Assembly (NCBI GenBank): GCA_964608795.1
Contig: CAZSPJ010000002.1
Location: 1 to 33,292 of the forward strand
Length of the DNA stretch: 33,292 nt
Origin: an uncultured Candidatus Poseidoniales archaeon
GTDB taxonomy: Archaea; Thermoplasmatota; Poseidoniia; Poseidoniales; Thalassarchaeaceae
Direction: 5' to 3'
Translations under genes and position numbers: made by a program
The notes under the pieces: generated by a model
What the model was told of the DNA's origin: nothing
What the model saw: the letters and a program-made list of their open reading frames with translations, nothing else
Database searches by the model: none
Shown: positions 1 to 10,464 of the stretch, in pieces
How positions within the stretch are numbered: the stretch's first letter is position 1
Layout of the letters: every line of letters begins with the position of its first letter

Positions 1-469
1 CGGTGTTTGCGTCGTTCTGGGTCGGAGGTGGGGTGACCGTGAATATCCAGATCTGTAGGGTATACTGGCCCGAGCCGGTCCAACGGTCGACGTTGATGTA
101 GACAGTGGTGCCACTGACGTTGGTCCCGTTGGAAGATACGCTGTCGTAACTCGAAATCGAGTAGCTGGAGTCTATCGTGCTCCCGGACGAGCTGTACAGA
201 AGCAGGTCGAAATCGGCTCCGGACGGGGACGTTAGACCGACCGCTATGCCGGTGTCGGTCGACATGTTGATTCCGTAGTAGTCGTTGTTGTCGCTGCTCG
301 CGGTCAGGTTTCCGTAGTAGGTGGCGTTCGAAGCAGGAAGCCAGACGGCCGTGGAGATGGAGTCGCCGGCGTCCCCACCAGACCCAGCGTCGTTTGCCAC
401 CACCAGTCCGGACAAGCAGGAGACCACGAGAAGTGCGGCGAGTGTTCTTGCCGCGCTCGCGCTCACCAT
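1..469 (-). CDS. Secreted protein, N-terminal fragment (signal peptide + PPC/pre-peptidase-C-like beta-sandwich); gene continues past the left window edge
   Basis: Hand translation of the minus strand from ATG 469-467 (alternative in-frame ATG 484-482) stays open to position 1: MVSASAARTLAALLVVSCLSGLVVANDAGSGGDAGDSISTAVWLP...GADFDLLLYSSSGSTIDSS...GTTVYINVDRWTGSGQYTLQIW. The N-terminus is hydrophobic and signal-like. The GDAGD...DYY...DFDLxLY...GxYxLxI pattern is typical of PPC domains. It is absent from the ORF track because it is edge-truncated. The + ORF 321..560 is its antisense shadow. Confidence 0.6.
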   Translation of the reverse strand, partial: MVSASAARTLAALLVVSCLSGLVVANDAGSGGDAGDSISTAVWLPASNATYYGNLTASSDNNDYYGINMSTDTGIAVGLTSPSGADFDLLLYSSSGSTIDSSYSISSYDSVSSNGTNVSGTTVYINVDRWTGSGQYTLQIWIFTVTPPPTQNDANT

Positions 470-550
470 GGACCGTAGGGCCATGAATATCGCTTTGAAC
501 TTTGGCACGCCATGGTGGTGCAGAAAATACACCGCTACAGCACGACGATT

Positions 551-1402
551 TCATTCGTAGGAGTAGAATCCCTGGCCGCTCTTGCGCCCAAGATTTCCCT
601 CACTGACCATCTGAGTCAGAAGGGGGGCTGGTGCGTACTTGTCGTCTCCTAGGCCCTCATGCAGCACGGTCATGATGTGTAGCAGGGTGTCCAGACCTAT
701 CAGGTCAGCCAGCGCGAGAGGGCCGATCGGGTGGTTCATCCCGAGTTTCATGATGCCGTCGATGGCCTCTGGCTCGGCCACTCCCTCCTGCAGCGTTAGT
801 ATGGCCTCGTTGAGCATCGGGCAGAGGATCCTGTTGCTGACGAAGCCGGGGGAGTCATTGCAAGAAAGCGCCGTCTTGCCCATCCTCTCGGCTGCAGCGA
901 CCACAGTCGCATTGACCTCGTTGGAGGTCTCGGAGCCGTTGATTATCTCAACCAGTTTCATTATCGGGACCGGATTCATGAAGTGCATGCCGATGACCCT
1001 GTCGGGCCTGTCGGTTGATGCTGCAATCTCGTCAATGCTGATGCTGGAGGTGTTGCTCGCGAGTATCGCCTCCGGCTTGCAGATACTGTCGAGCTCGGCG
1101 AAGGTGGAGAACTTCAACTCGGGAATCTCGGGGATCGCCTCGACCACTAGGTCGCAGTCCGAGGCATCGCCCCTGTCAATAGAACCGCGCACGCGCGCGA
1201 GGGCGGCGGCGGCGTCTGCCTGGCTCATCCTCTCCTTTGAGACGAGTTTTGACAGCGACAACTCGATTGAGGCCATGCCGTGGTCGACGAAGGACTGCTC
1301 GATGTCGATCATGGTCACATGGTAACCCGCGCAGGCTGCTACTTGGGCGATGCCGTTTCCCATCTGGCCGGCACCCAGCACGGCTATGCTGTCTATCTCC
1401 AC
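551..1402 (-). CDS. hbd: 3-hydroxyacyl-CoA (3-hydroxybutyryl-CoA) dehydrogenase, NAD-dependent
   Basis: 283-aa ORF with Rossmann motif [14 protein letters not shown] at the N-terminus. Family-typical blocks are [23 protein letters not shown] and the C-terminal domain [12 protein letters not shown]. The start codon is GTG at 1402-1400. Confidence 0.9.
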   Translation of the reverse strand: MEIDSIAVLGAGQMGNGIAQVAACAGYHVTMIDIEQSFVDHGMASIELSLSKLVSKERMSQADAAAALARVRGSIDRGDASDCDLVVEAIPEIPELKFSTFAELDSICKPEAILASNTSSISIDEIAASTDRPDRVIGMHFMNPVPIMKLVEIINGSETSNEVNATVVAAAERMGKTALSCNDSPGFVSNRILCPMLNEAILTLQEGVAEPEAIDGIMKLGMNHPIGPLALADLIGLDTLLHIMTVLHEGLGDDKYAPAPLLTQMVSEGNLGRKSGQGFYSYE

Positions 1403-1437
1403 ACACCGTCGTGCATACGGAGGGGCATGAGCCTTAC

Positions 1438-4400
1438 TCAGTCTTCATCGTCGAATTCGACGATAGCCGGTTCGGCAGCCTGCTCGATCTCGGACATGAT
1501 GTTCTCGAGGTCGGGTCCGTGCTTCTCAATCTCGTCCCTGCGCGCGCGGCGCCTGCGCAACAGGGTAGTAGGCACCGCTATGGCGAGCAGTAGAGCAGTG
1601 ACTGCGAAAGAGAACCACCACAGCATAGGGCCGGAGTTTCGCGCGTCCTCGATGGCCCAGTCGATCCACTCCTGCTCCATCACCTCTATCGAGGACGAGT
1701 GCTGGTTGTTGGCTGCGTCGACAGTGAGTCCGTTGATGGTGTGGGTTCCTGGGGCTTCGGGTATTGCAATGAGCACCTCGAACTGCTCGCTCGAGTCGCA
1801 GACGAACTCCTTCGACTCAACCTCGGTCCACAGCATCACCATCGCGCCCTGCTCGCAGATACCGCTCACAACGCGGGTTGTGGCCAGAGGGGTTGTCCGG
1901 TTGGTGACCTCGGAGAAGCTCAACACAGGGGCTGTAGTGTCCCTGACGATGGAGAGTGTGTAGTTGTCCACATGGTCTAGGGCGTGGATCTCGATGAGGA
2001 ACTGGTTCTCTCCCTCGATGAGGTCGAATACGATACTCACAACGCTAGCTCCGGGCTCGATCAGATGCTTGCCCTCGGCATCAGACCTGCTCCACCAGAT
2101 CTCCTGATCAGGCCCTCTCTGCAGAATTGCCTCGACCTCGTCGATGGCCATGAGGCCACCGTTCCAGTCAGCAGCGACGTGAGTGCTGTATATCGAAGCG
2201 TCGAGCAGGATGCTGCGACACTCGAGGAACCTGTTGTCGTTCTCCTGCGTCTCGGTGTGGTCGACAGCCTCGAGGCAGACTTCGTGCACCCCAGTGTGGT
2301 TCAGCTCGAACAGGGCCCCGCTAGTGATTGCAGTGCGCTCGCTGATGAGGACGCCGTCGATGGTGAAGCGGACGTGGGCCTCTTCGCTGGAGATCCACGA
2401 GAGGCCTTGCCTATGGTCGAAAAAGGCATCTTCGGTGCCCGGGCTGATAGCCCACTCGACGATGGGCGTGGTGCGGTCAAGCGCGAGCGGCCACTCCTCA
2501 GTGGCGGTGTTGTTGGCCCAGTCGGTCATCTCGAGGGAGATGAGGTAGTCCCCGTCCGGCAGTTCCGTGGTGTCGACTTGGTACTGGGTCACGGTGCTAG
2601 TCTGACCAGGTTCATCCTCCAGCACTGTCTGCGGAATCAACTGGTCGCTCTCGCACTGCTCAATCTCATGGAGCGAATTGAGTGCGGTGATTCTAAGGCA
2701 CCAGTCGCGGATGTCTACTGGGATCGAGACGGTGAGTACCCCTTCGCTCATGTTCACCGGTGTAGAAATCTGCGCCGGGGTGTAGTGGAACCCAGCTTGG
2801 TCTGAAATATCGAGCAGGTCTGCGTTGGGCGCATCGGGGTCATACACCACCGTGAACTCCCTAGTGAACGAGTTGCCTGCGGCGTCGCTGACTGCCACAT
2901 CGAAGACGCTGTTCCCATGCACGTAGAAGAATGTGGAGTTCGCGTTCGATTTGATTTCGGCCTCGGTCAGTTGGATGGTGAGCACGGCGTGACCATTCTC
3001 ATCCAGTTCGACCTCGTTGCCCGAGTGGGATAGGCTCGCACCTGGTTCGGTCTGGATGGTGTAAGTGAGATTCTGCTGGTTGGTGATCCAGGGTATGTTT
3101 GACAGGGACAGCGTGGGCGCTGTCACGTCGTAGGCCACCGAGAGGTAGGCCTCGGCGGAGTTGTTCGAGATGTCTGTCAGGGTGGCTCGGTAGTCGTGCC
3201 ACTGCTCGATTGCAGGCAGGGTGGCGTTGACCCAGACCTCTCGGAAGGTAACATTCTCGGGCATTGCGAAGTGGTTGCCGCTATTCCATATCGAAGTCAG
3301 GTTATGGTGCGCGCCTACTGTGTCGATGGCCTCGACTAGATCGGCGTCGGGGACGTTCGTGTCTTCATCAGTCGACTCCCAGTTGAGGTCGTCGAGGCGG
3401 AAGCCGATTCCGGTGTCGAGAGCATGCAGCCTCACCGGCACCACTGAATTTGTCTGTGTGAGATTGGGCGGTACGCTGAAGCTCACCTCAGGGTCGAGTT
3501 CCACCAGCTCGTAGGTGTAGGGCAAGCGCAGACTGATTCCTCCTTCGACGGTGATGTCGATGAAGCCGGTCCAGATTCCGGCTGTCTCCGGCCTCTCGTA
3601 GGCGAGGTTGACCTGGAGTGCTGAGGCCGGGACCTGTCCTGCGAGGGTGTCACTGCCGTTCGGCCAGATTGCGTCTATCTCGCCCTTAGTCAGTGCGAGT
3701 TGGTCGGTTATCACGAGTTCGTCGCCTCCTACGACCTCAATGTCGATCCAGAACTGGACTGTCCCGCTCGGCACGGAGTAGCCGTGCACTGCGACCGAGT
3801 AATAGCCGTCCTCGGGGTCGACTATCCTAATCGTCTCCGCCGAGGAGCCTGACCACGAGCGTGCTATCTCTTCACCGGAGGAGAATGTTCCATCGCCGTT
3901 TGAGTCGCGGAACAGGAACAGGTCGAGGTCTGAGTCCTCGTGAGCATTCATTTTGATGTTCAGCTCGGTGGAGTTTTGGACCGTCATGTTGTGCCACCAC
4001 GATGCCGTCATCTTGTCGCCAGAGACATCTTGGAAGGCAGTCTCGTTATCGAAGTGTGCCGGCTGGCTCCAGCCGTATGCAGACACCGAGTCAACGTTCA
4101 GGGGCACAGTCGATACCACATGAACCGCGTCAACTCCGCTGCCTTCGGCCCAATCCGTCACCACACGCTCGAAACCTGATTCCTCGGCCGCTATGTATCC
4201 GACCGAGATGTTGAGCGGGTTATCGTTGGTCGAAACACCGTGCAGTGCGGTGTGCAGTACCATCTGGTGGACTCCCTGCTCGGCGGGGACGGCGAACATC
4301 TCGCGCGAGGTCCCGGTGAATGTACCCCAGTTGTGCGAGCCGCTGCCGGCGTGGTTGTTGGTTGAGCGCGACTCGATGAAGAAAGTCGAATCACCATAGG

Positions 4401-7400
4401 CGTCAGGGTCGTCCTCGGCATATCCGTGCGGCATCTCTGAGAGCCATAGCACGTCGATGTCGGTGTACGGGTTGTCCTCCCAGTCGACATCGAGGATGGC
4501 TGTTCCCCCGGTGTCCCACTCCTCGGGCCACTCGACTGAGAGGAAGCGCCAGTCGCCGCTCTCGGCCCTCCAGTCCCATCTGGTGGCCCCGCTTATCCAC
4601 TCCTCGTCGTACAGGGTCTGGTTCGACACGTTGCCGTCCAGCGGTCTCGCATCTAGTGAGAACGGGCCACTCCAAGGCACGTTGGTGACCACGGGGAGGG
4701 TCCAGTTCCTGTGTGGTATCGTCGAGGTCAAGTTGCCCCCTTGATCGAGTTCGAAGGACTCGATGAGAACGCCGTGCTGATGCAGACCGGATTCGGCGTC
4801 GGCAGGGACCGAGACCGTCAGCTGGGTCGATGCAGATCCATTGGCAGGGACCACGGTGGTGATTGGAAGAGTAATCCAGTCGTCGTCCGTGCTACCGAAT
4901 GCGGTCCAGTCTATCTCGATCCTGACAGGGTCGTCCGACTGGTGCCCGTTGTAGTTCCAGACCCCAAGGAAGAGTCCGTCTCTGGCATCCTCGAAGGGCA
5001 GTCCGACCCTGACCTCGGCGTTCGGACCATTCTCCCACCAGTAGGTCACCTCTTCGAGCTCGCTCGACTCGGTCCAATCATCGGAATCGACCATTGAGTC
5101 GTTGTCGAAGTCCTCGACGTAGATGCCGTCTCCGTCATCGTCGCTCCAGCGGTATATCTGCAAGAACACCCGCTCCTCCGAACTGCGGTCTTGATTCTCA
5201 TCGAACGCGGAGTACTCGATGGTAGCTCTGGCTCTGAGTTGCAAGGTATCGATGGGTAACCTGTTTGTGGTGCCGTTTGTGATGTGCAGGGGGATTAACA
5301 GGTCGGGCCTGCTACCTTGATGGCCGTCCCATGAATCGTTAAGCCCCTCTTCACTGCCATTGCCTAGGCTCTCCCACACCTGCACAGTGTGCTCCAAGGG
5401 GGCGAAGACTGTCGGTGTGAATCTCAGGAGGACGTCAGTGTCGCCATAATTGGCGAACTCTAGGTCGACGTCCTGCGACTCCCCTGGCCGCATGAGGTTG
5501 ATGTTGGCGTCCCTGTGGCTGCCTTGGAAGGTACCGCTGTTCCACTGAGCGGGGCTGGCCCACCAGGTTCCGTTGGCCCCGTCTAGGGTGGCTGTGGCAC
5601 GAGACGCGTTGAACCAGCCACCGCCTTGGACGAACGGTTCGTAGCCCCTGTCGTCGGAGGTGGACATCACGAAGTCCCTGAACTCCTGTGACCCAGGGTG
5701 GTATCCAAGATTGGTCTGCCAGGCCTGTGCTACCAGCGCCATCAGTCCAGCTGCGATGGGAGTGGCGAGACTGGTCCCACCCCAGGTGCCCCAGGCGGAG
5801 TTCGCGTTGCTCCTTTGGTTCAGAGGCACATCACCAGTAGCGGACCATCCGACAGAGACGATGTCCGGATCCATCCTCCCGACCACGTTGGGGCCTCGGT
5901 TGGACCAGGGTGCGTTCTGCCCCCATGAGTCGCTGGAGCGGCTGCTGAAGGCGCCGACAGAGAAGATGCCGTGGGCAGCACCGGGTACCTTGGCAGTGCC
6001 GAAGCCGTGACCGCCGTTGCCTATGGCCACGGAGTAGGATGCGTTGTCGTTGTAGACCCGGGTGAGCCAGTCAAGATACAAGGAGTAGCCATCGGCACCG
6101 GCCTCGTCGATCGAAGAGTATCCGAACGAGAACGAGCCGATGTGGGGCTGGTCACCCTGAGTTATGGTGACGCCGTCGTAGCCCTCGGCGATGAAGCGCC
6201 AGCCGTCGAGTGCGTGACCACCTGAGTAGTGGTTGCCTATCGAGGATATGGTAGCGTTCGGAGCCATCCCTAGGACCTTGCCGTCACTCACAATCCCCTG
6301 TGCGGCGACCGCGCTGGCACAAAGCGTCCCGTGGCTTCCCGACTCAATCATGAACAGAGTCAGGTTCCCTGCTCCTGGAATTCGATTTGCGTAGCCGTGG
6401 CGTGCCGCGTAGGTGTCTGTGTAAGGCACTCCGTTGGTACCATCGGCCACCCAGTAGACCAAGCCCCCTGAGATATCCCATAGACCGTCTCCATCGGTGT
6501 CTAGGCCGGCTGTCTCCTCTCCCGGGCGCATCGCGACGTCGTTCGAGAACTGCCCGTCCCGGTTGATGTCAGGGTAAACGGTCTCGTAAAGTCCTGATAT
6601 CCTGTCGTCCACCACTAGGATGGGTACGTCTCCGCCTGCCTTGTCAATGAGTCTCCAATCGGGGTGTTCCCCTAGGTGGTAAGCCCCCGATAGTGAGGCG
6701 TTGACGCCGGTTATGTTGTACTCGGAATTGTCTAACAGTCCATCGGTGTTGTTGTCGTAATCGATTATCGATGTGTCGGCATACCAAGTGCCTCTAGCAG
6801 GGTAGGCATCGCCGTACAACAGCCAGTAGTACATGCTGTTGTGATCAAACATAAGCGGCCAACCCTCGTAAGGCGACTTAGTGTCTGTAACTCTGGCTTG
6901 GGTGCCGTTCAAATCAGGATGTCCGAAGTCTACTCCTGTATCTGCGACGGCGACCACTATGCCCTCTCCGGCGTACCCTCTCTCCCATGCGTCGTTGGCA
7001 CCGTGTATCTCACCGCTGCGAACCGCCTCAGGCTCGAATCCCGGAGGAGACTCGAAAGGCATCGTGTCATAGGGTTCGGGTGTATTCTCGGCGTCCAATA
7101 TAGCGATGACACCAGGGACTCCTGGCAGCTTGTGGAAGATACCCGAATCCATCCAGAAAGTCCTGTGGTCGACCTGTCCGTCGATCGGATCGATAGCAAC
7201 TAGGGACTCTCCGCTCTTGGCCGGCTTTTGCTCCTCGATGGCGTCGTTGTCATGCTGCCACTGATTGAGCATGGCCAAAGAACGTGTAATGACAGTCACT
7301 CTGACTTGCTTCGCGCCCGAATCGACTCGCTCCCAGAGACTTGATTCGACCCATGGAGAACCGCTCTGGAAGTCTTGACTATACTCGCTGTTGCCACCAT

Positions 7401-7518
7401 CATCAGCATCTACGATGCTGGGATTACGGGCTTGTGAGAAGTCGGCTGAGACCATGCCGACCGAGAGGGATGACAGCAGCAGCAGCAGCACTAGGCCAGA
7501 CGCTGTACGCTGACGCAT
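1438..7518 (-). CDS. Giant exported subtilisin-family (S8) serine protease, type-I membrane-anchored, with long beta-sandwich/PPC tail
   Basis: 2026-aa ORF with signal-like N-terminus [25 protein letters not shown]. Subtilase triad motifs are VAVADTGVD (Asp193, nt 6942-6940), [10 protein letters not shown] (His396, nt 6333-6331), oxyanion IGNGGHG (Asn501) and [12 protein letters not shown] (Ser583, nt 5772-5770). A PPC-like domain DLDLFLFRD...[10 protein letters not shown] lies at aa ~1150-1262 (nt ~3733-4071). A single C-terminal TM helix [23 protein letters not shown] (nt ~1558-1626) is followed by RRRRARR and an acidic 32-aa tail. Confidence 0.85.
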   Translation of the reverse strand: MRQRTASGLVLLLLLSSLSVGMVSADFSQARNPSIVDADDGGNSEYSQDFQSGSPWVESSLWERVDSGAKQVRVTVITRSLAMLNQWQHDNDAIEEQKPAKSGESLVAIDPIDGQVDHRTFWMDSGIFHKLPGVPGVIAILDAENTPEPYDTMPFESPPGFEPEAVRSGEIHGANDAWERGYAGEGIVVAVADTGVDFGHPDLNGTQARVTDTKSPYEGWPLMFDHNSMYYWLLYGDAYPARGTWYADTSIIDYDNNTDGLLDNSEYNITGVNASLSGAYHLGEHPDWRLIDKAGGDVPILVVDDRISGLYETVYPDINRDGQFSNDVAMRPGEETAGLDTDGDGLWDISGGLVYWVADGTNGVPYTDTYAARHGYANRIPGAGNLTLFMIESGSHGTLCASAVAAQGIVSDGKVLGMAPNATISSIGNHYSGGHALDGWRFIAEGYDGVTITQGDQPHIGSFSFGYSSIDEAGADGYSLYLDWLTRVYNDNASYSVAIGNGGHGFGTAKVPGAAHGIFSVGAFSSRSSDSWGQNAPWSNRGPNVVGRMDPDIVSVGWSATGDVPLNQRSNANSAWGTWGGTSLATPIAAGLMALVAQAWQTNLGYHPGSQEFRDFVMSTSDDRGYEPFVQGGGWFNASRATATLDGANGTWWASPAQWNSGTFQGSHRDANINLMRPGESQDVDLEFANYGDTDVLLRFTPTVFAPLEHTVQVWESLGNGSEEGLNDSWDGHQGSRPDLLIPLHITNGTTNRLPIDTLQLRARATIEYSAFDENQDRSSEERVFLQIYRWSDDDGDGIYVEDFDNDSMVDSDDWTESSELEEVTYWWENGPNAEVRVGLPFEDARDGLFLGVWNYNGHQSDDPVRIEIDWTAFGSTDDDWITLPITTVVPANGSASTQLTVSVPADAESGLHQHGVLIESFELDQGGNLTSTIPHRNWTLPVVTNVPWSGPFSLDARPLDGNVSNQTLYDEEWISGATRWDWRAESGDWRFLSVEWPEEWDTGGTAILDVDWEDNPYTDIDVLWLSEMPHGYAEDDPDAYGDSTFFIESRSTNNHAGSGSHNWGTFTGTSREMFAVPAEQGVHQMVLHTALHGVSTNDNPLNISVGYIAAEESGFERVVTDWAEGSGVDAVHVVSTVPLNVDSVSAYGWSQPAHFDNETAFQDVSGDKMTASWWHNMTVQNSTELNIKMNAHEDSDLDLFLFRDSNGDGTFSSGEEIARSWSGSSAETIRIVDPEDGYYSVAVHGYSVPSGTVQFWIDIEVVGGDELVITDQLALTKGEIDAIWPNGSDTLAGQVPASALQVNLAYERPETAGIWTGFIDITVEGGISLRLPYTYELVELDPEVSFSVPPNLTQTNSVVPVRLHALDTGIGFRLDDLNWESTDEDTNVPDADLVEAIDTVGAHHNLTSIWNSGNHFAMPENVTFREVWVNATLPAIEQWHDYRATLTDISNNSAEAYLSVAYDVTAPTLSLSNIPWITNQQNLTYTIQTEPGASLSHSGNEVELDENGHAVLTIQLTEAEIKSNANSTFFYVHGNSVFDVAVSDAAGNSFTREFTVVYDPDAPNADLLDISDQAGFHYTPAQISTPVNMSEGVLTVSIPVDIRDWCLRITALNSLHEIEQCESDQLIPQTVLEDEPGQTSTVTQYQVDTTELPDGDYLISLEMTDWANNTATEEWPLALDRTTPIVEWAISPGTEDAFFDHRQGLSWISSEEAHVRFTIDGVLISERTAITSGALFELNHTGVHEVCLEAVDHTETQENDNRFLECRSILLDASIYSTHVAADWNGGLMAIDEVEAILQRGPDQEIWWSRSDAEGKHLIEPGASVVSIVFDLIEGENQFLIEIHALDHVDNYTLSIVRDTTAPVLSFSEVTNRTTPLATTRVVSGICEQGAMVMLWTEVESKEFVCDSSEQFEVLIAIPEAPGTHTINGLTVDAANNQHSSSIEVMEQEWIDWAIEDARNSGPMLWWFSFAVTALLLAIAVPTTLLRRRRARRDEIEKHGPDLENIMSEIEQAAEPAIVEFDDED

Positions 7519-7604
7519 GCTCCAAGGGCCCTCCGAGAACCTTTGATAGTGTCGGCTGGATGTCCCGTCAAATCAAAAGCGGGGACTCGTCAGCATCGGC
7601 TTGG

Positions 7605-7680
7605 AGTCCCGTGGTGTAGTGGTCCATCATACCGGGTTTTGGTCCCGGTGACGGAGGTTCGAATCCTCCCGGGACTACCA
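7605..7680 (+). tRNA. tRNA-Gln (anticodon UUG), 3' CCA encoded
   Basis: Hand-folded cloverleaf. Acceptor stem is AGTCCCG/CGGGACT (A1-U72, as in archaeal tRNA-Gln). Anticodon stem is CCGGG/CCCGG with loop TTTTGGT (U33, anticodon TTG). T arm is GGAGG-TTCGAAT-CCTCC. Discriminator is A, followed by CCA. Confidence 0.9.
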
Positions 7681-8895
7681 CTATCTGTCTATTGCTCCAG
7701 AGTGGTCAGCAAGGTCTCTAGCGATGTTCTTCTGGTGGCCCTCGAGGGTGCCGCCCCCAATCTCGAGGAGCTTTGCGTCGCGCCACAGCCTCTCGACCGT
7801 GTACTCGCCGACGTAGCCGTAGCCGCCCATCACCTGGATGGCCCTGTCTGCGATGTTCTTGGCGGCGGACGTCCCGAACAGCTTGACTCCGTCCGAGTCC
7901 AGCCTGTTGCCCGCCTCCGAGAGGTCGATCTTGCGGGCGGTGTCGTAGACATAGGCTCGCATAGCCCTGTACTCGGCCCATGACTCGCCGATGTGGCGCT
8001 GGATCTGGCCGAACTCGCGGATCTGCTTACCGAAGGCTTCCCTTTCGCTGGCGTACCTGTTCATCGCCGAAAGACAGCGCCTGGCTATCCCTACTCCCAT
8101 CGCTGCGAGTCCTAGCCTCTCGAGTTCGAGGTTCCTCATCATGTGGATCATCGACTCGCCGGGATTGCCGACGACGTTTTGTGCCGGGACGACGCAGTCG
8201 TCAAACACCAGTTCGGCGGTGTTGCTGGCCCTCATGCCGAGTTTGTCCTCGATCTTCTGGCCCACCGAGTAGCCCGGCATGCCCCTCTCGACGATGAAGG
8301 TGGTTATCTCGGCCCGCCCCTTGGAATCGGTTCCGGTGCGTGCGTACAGCCAGACCACGTCGGCCGGCGTGCCTTCCTCGTCGATCGATCCGTTGGTAAT
8401 CCACATCTTACGGCCGTTGATGAGCCACGAACCATCCTCACGCTGCTCGGCGCTGGTCTGCATGCCGAGGACGTCTGTTCCGTATCCCGGCTCGCTCATC
8501 GCCATGCAACCGATCCACTCGCCGCTGCACAGTTTCGGCAGGATGCGCTGCTTCTGCTCGTCGCTGCCGTTGTGGGCGAGATTGTTGGCTATCAACTGGT
8601 CATGAGCGAGGTAAGCTAGGCAGAATCCGGGGTCGGAGTATGAGAGTTCCTCGTTGATGATAGCTACCGCAGTGGCGTCCATTCCCCCGCCGCCGTACTC
8701 TGGAGGGACGGAGATACCGAGAATCCCCTGCTCGCCCAGCCTACGGAACAGGTCGGAGTTGAACTTCTCGTCGCGGTCGTGCTCGAGGGCCTGAGGTTCG
8801 ACCTCGTCGCCGACGAAGCTGCGCACCATCTCGCGCAGCATAGCGTGCTCCTCTGTGGGATTCGCGATGTCCAGCTCGCGCCAGTCCCCTCCCAT
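7681..8895 (-). CDS. Acyl-CoA dehydrogenase, isovaleryl-CoA-dehydrogenase-like
   Basis: The ORF track gives 7681..8940 from a GTG. The first ATG (MGGDWRELDI...) is at 8895 and is the more likely start. ACAD signature 1 is CMAMSEPGYGTDV and signature 2 is QVMGGYGYVGEYTVERLWRDAK. The LELERL block and EIGGGT (no MCAD-type YEGT glutamate) resemble isovaleryl-CoA dehydrogenase. Confidence 0.85.
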   Translation of the reverse strand: MGGDWRELDIANPTEEHAMLREMVRSFVGDEVEPQALEHDRDEKFNSDLFRRLGEQGILGISVPPEYGGGGMDATAVAIINEELSYSDPGFCLAYLAHDQLIANNLAHNGSDEQKQRILPKLCSGEWIGCMAMSEPGYGTDVLGMQTSAEQREDGSWLINGRKMWITNGSIDEEGTPADVVWLYARTGTDSKGRAEITTFIVERGMPGYSVGQKIEDKLGMRASNTAELVFDDCVVPAQNVVGNPGESMIHMMRNLELERLGLAAMGVGIARRCLSAMNRYASEREAFGKQIREFGQIQRHIGESWAEYRAMRAYVYDTARKIDLSEAGNRLDSDGVKLFGTSAAKNIADRAIQVMGGYGYVGEYTVERLWRDAKLLEIGGGTLEGHQKNIARDLADHSGAIDR

Positions 8896-8942
8896 GGTAT
8901 GGCTAAGCGCCGCCTTCGTATGAGTGATTCGCAGCAGCACGC

Positions 8943-10271
8943 CTACGGCGTGACCCTTCTGCTGTCTCTCGGGAAGGGGATGACTTCGCGGATGTGGTCA
9001 GCACCGGACAGCCATGCGCAGACCCTGTCGACACCGAGGCCGAAGCCGCCGTGTGGCACGCCCCCATAGCGACGGATGTCGATGTAGAACTCGTACGGCT
9101 CACGAGGAGTTCCCTCCTCGTCGATACGCTCGAGGATCTCCTTCTCGGACCAGGTCCGCTCACCCCCTCCCACGATCTCGCCGTATCCCTCCGGGGCGAG
9201 TAAGTCGTGGCAGAGCACGTATTTCCCATCATCCGGGTCGGGTCGGTGGTAGAACGGCTTGGCTACCCTCGGGTAGTGCGTCAGGAAGTGAGGCACTTCG
9301 AAGTCAGAGGTTAGCACCTTCTCCTTGGAGTAATCAAGGTCTTGACCCCACTCGACGGCCACTCCCTTTCCTTGCAGGATCTCGATGGCCTCGTCATACC
9401 GCATTCTGGGGTATTCGCTATCGGCATAGTTAGCGATTAAATCGAGGTCCCGCCCCAATTCTGTCAACTCGTCCGACCTCTCGTCCAGAAGGGACTTAGC
9501 GATGTGTCTAACTACGCCCTCGCCGTACTCCATGATCTCAGCGTTGCTCGCCCAAGCGACCTCCATCTCAGCGTGCCAGAACTCCGTGAGGTGTCGCCTA
9601 GTGCGACTCTTCTCTGCCCGGAAGGAAGGGGCCATGGTATACAGGCGCTCAAGAGCAGGCATAGCCGCCTCGGCATAGAGTTGCCATGATTGAGTGAGGT
9701 AGGCCTTGCGGTCGAAGTAGGGCACCTCAAACAGGGTGCTGCCACCCTCTACTGCCCCGGCTACGAAGTTCGGGGCCTGATATTCGATGAAATCTCGATC
9801 ACGGAAGTATGAGTGAATGGCTCCGAACACAGTCGAGCGCATCTTCAGCATCGTAGTCATCCGGCCCGTACGCAGATACAAGTGGCGGTTGTCCAGCAGG
9901 AACTCGGTCTCCCCTCCGTCTGCCTCGGCCATAGCGGACTCGGTAATAGGGAAGGGGCGGTCCGGGTTCACCGCACCAACGATCTCCCCGGAGCTAACCA
10001 GCACCTCGTGACCGTGTTCCCTGTCGGTGGCCTCTACGGTGCCTCGGATGATGACGCTGGCCTCTATGAGGGCCGTGCTGAGTGCCTCGAAGGCGTCGTC
10101 ACCGACCGCTTCGCGCTTGACTACGCACTGCACGACACCAGTCGAATCTCGAATTACTAGGAACCAGATATTGTTCGAGCCTCGGGACCTGTGAATCCAA
10201 CCCTTCAGTTCGACCTCGGACCCGTCGTGGTCTCCGGCTCTCACATCACCGACCCAGTGCTGCTTGCTCAT
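8943..10271 (-). CDS. asnS: Asparagine--tRNA ligase (class IIb Asx-tRNA synthetase; AsnRS-type motifs)
   Basis: 442-aa ORF with an N-terminal OB-fold (VELKGWIHRSRGSNNIWFLVIRDSTG). Class II motif 2 region FRAEKSRTRRHLTEFWHAEMEVAW is the RHLxEFW form of AsnRS rather than the AspRS RHLNEF/A form. Further blocks are LLAPEGYGEIVGGGER and motif 3 GGVPHGGFGLGVDR. An AspRS assignment cannot be fully excluded without alignment. Confidence 0.8.
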   Translation of the reverse strand: MSKQHWVGDVRAGDHDGSEVELKGWIHRSRGSNNIWFLVIRDSTGVVQCVVKREAVGDDAFEALSTALIEASVIIRGTVEATDREHGHEVLVSSGEIVGAVNPDRPFPITESAMAEADGGETEFLLDNRHLYLRTGRMTTMLKMRSTVFGAIHSYFRDRDFIEYQAPNFVAGAVEGGSTLFEVPYFDRKAYLTQSWQLYAEAAMPALERLYTMAPSFRAEKSRTRRHLTEFWHAEMEVAWASNAEIMEYGEGVVRHIAKSLLDERSDELTELGRDLDLIANYADSEYPRMRYDEAIEILQGKGVAVEWGQDLDYSKEKVLTSDFEVPHFLTHYPRVAKPFYHRPDPDDGKYVLCHDLLAPEGYGEIVGGGERTWSEKEILERIDEEGTPREPYEFYIDIRRYGGVPHGGFGLGVDRVCAWLSGADHIREVIPFPRDSRRVTP

Positions 10272-10340
10272 CGGCTCACTTCCTGTCGGCTACTCGCTCG
10301 CTCATCGGTTAAGAAACCTCGATTCAAAGGTGGGCTGGGA

Positions 10341-10417
10341 TGGCGGGTCTGACGGGGTTCGAACCCGCGACCGCCCGGTTAAGAGCCGGGTGCTCTACCT
10401 GACTAAGCTACAGACCC
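10341..10417 (-). tRNA. tRNA-Lys (anticodon CUU), 3' CCA encoded
   Basis: The reverse complement folds as GGGTCTG-TA-GCTT-AGTCAGGTA-GAGC-A-CCCGG-CTCTTAA-CCGGG-CGGTC-GCGGG-TTCGAAC-CCCGT-CAGACCC-G-CCA. All four stems pair, and the anticodon loop has U33 followed by CTT. Confidence 0.9.
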
Positions 10418-10440
10418 AGCCTAACCGACTTGACGCCACT

Positions 10441-10446
10441 CTATAA
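10441..10446 (-). promoter_or_regulatory. TATA-box-like element (TTATAG) upstream of tRNA-Lys
   Basis: On the minus strand, TTATAG lies 24-29 nt upstream of tRNA position 1 (10417). This matches the archaeal box-A distance and stands out as AT-rich in a GC-rich spacer. Confidence 0.4.
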
Positions 10447-10464
10447 CCGCAACGGAGCAAGTGA

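Noticed and set aside
639-1325. 228-aa + strand ORF, together with 1176..1406, 1237..1593 and 1280..1963, overlapping hbd and the protease 3' end
   Set aside because: These are antisense or off-frame shadows of well-supported genes in GC-rich DNA. The sequences are low-complexity and Ser/Ala/Arg/Pro-rich, with no motifs.
1984-7203. Many 60-270-aa ORFs on both strands inside the 2026-aa protease gene (for example 1984..2805 +, 4711..5097 +, 6841..7203 +)
   Set aside because: All are nested in or antisense to a continuous 6-kb frame that carries a complete S8 triad. They have Arg/Pro/Gly-rich shadow composition and no start-site signals.
1403-7680. Idea that the protease gene plus tRNA-Gln is an island inserted between the two beta-oxidation genes (hbd and acyl-CoA dehydrogenase)
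   Set aside because: There is no integrase or other mobility gene, and no convincing direct repeat of the tRNA 3' end at the far side (only a 7-nt ACGGAGG match at ~1417, compatible with chance). Composition looks like the surrounding genes by eye.
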